A DNA stretch of 64,000 bases from Lama glama (lineage: Eukaryota). A model generated the notes under the pieces. The model was not told the DNA's origin. It did not search any database and saw nothing but the letters and a program-made list of their open reading frames with translations. The stretch is from the NCBI GenBank assembly GCA_028534125.1, contig CM052817.1, positions 63,428,001-63,492,000 of the forward strand, read 5' to 3'. Made by a program: the position numbers and the translations under genes. This document shows positions 62,891 through 64,000 of the stretch, piece by piece (within the stretch, counting starts at the first letter, position 1; every line of letters begins with the position of its first letter).

Positions 62891-64000
62891 AGAGGTGGCC
62901 AAGATGGCAGAGTAGAAAGACCCTGAACTCGTCTTCTCCCATGGACACAGCAAAATTAGAACTACTTATAGAGCAACTATCTATGAGTATAACCTGAAGA
63001 CTAGCAGAAAAGATTTTCCATGGCTAAAGACATAAAGAAGGAACCACAGTGAGATGGGCAGGAGGAAAACTCACACAAGTGTAGGCTAAAGAAAATGTTA
63101 CCAAACAACATGTTACCAAACAACCAATGCGTCATTGAAGAAATCAAAGAGAAAATTTAAAAAAAAACCAAAAAACTTGAGACAAGTGAAAATGCAAACA
63201 CAAAAATCTAAAATCTATGGGAAACAGTAAAAGCAGTTCTAAGAGTGAAGTTTATAGCAATATAAGCCTACTTTAGGAAACAAGCAAATTTTCAAATAAT
63301 CTACTCTTACACCTAAAGGGACTAGAAAGAGAACAACACCCAAAGTTAGTAGAAGGAAAGAAACAGTAAAGATCAGAGGGAAAATAAATGAAATAGAGAC
63401 TAAAATAATAATGGAAAAGACCAATGAAACTAAGAACTGGTTCTTTGAAAAGATAAACAAAATTGGTAAACCTTTAAACCAGACTCAAGAAAAAAGAGAG
63501 AGGCCAAATCATAAAATCAAAAATGAAAAAGGAGAGGTTACAACCCACATCACAGAAATACAAAGGCTCATAAGAAATTACTACAGTTATATGTCAATAA
63601 TATGGACAACCTAGAAGAAATGGACAAATTCCTAGAAATATACAATCTCCCAAGATTAAATCAGGAAGAAATAGAAAATATGAATGGACTGAATACCAGT
63701 AATGAAACTGAATCATTAAAAAAAAAAAAAAAAACTCCAACAAACAAAAGTCCAGGACCAGATGGCTTCAAAGGTGAATACTATCAAATATTTAAAGAAT
63801 TAACACCTGTCTTTCTCAAACTATTCCAAAAAAATTGAAGAGGAAAAGAATGCTTTGAAACTCATTCTTTGATGCCAGTATCATGCTGATATCAAAACCA
63901 GACACAAACACCACAAAAAAAAGAGGAAATTATAAGCAATATCACTGATGAACATAGATGGAATAGTCCTGAACAAAATATTAGCAAATCATGTTCAACA
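62891..64000 (+). mobile_element. L1 with about 175 bp of 5'UTR joined directly to ORF2; runs off the window end
   Basis: 5' end with YY1-type CCAAGATGGC at 62899-62908; ORF2 peptides KTNETKNWFFEKINKI, MDNLEEMDKFLEIYNLPRLNQEE and KSPGPDGF; frameshifted. Confidence 0.9.

Overview
AT-rich mammalian genomic DNA. The young L1 3'UTRs resemble camelid (alpaca/camel) L1 families as I recall them, and I saw no Alu, Bov-tA, PRE-1 or B1 SINEs, so a camelid source is inferred. I recognise no protein-coding exon or intact gene. The ORF track is explained by L1 ORF2 remnants, a decayed Tigger1 transposase, N-gaps and chance. The window is intergenic or deep-intronic and rich in transposon fossils: L1, L2, MIR, a two-LTR ERVL (LTR16A-type) relic with a dUTPase remnant, solo LTRs, a near-complete Tigger1 and hAT MITEs. 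The most notable signals are retrotransposition footprints readable directly from target-site duplications (TSDs). They are a tRNA-Tyr 5'-half fused to an L1 inside one 17-bp TSD, two apparent L1 3' transductions, a twin-priming 5' inversion, an L1 5'UTR joined straight to ORF2, and an unexplained 806-bp unit bounded by ~115-bp TG...CA direct repeats. Repeat family names come from memory of consensus sequences, not from a database search, and boundaries of old repeats are approximate.
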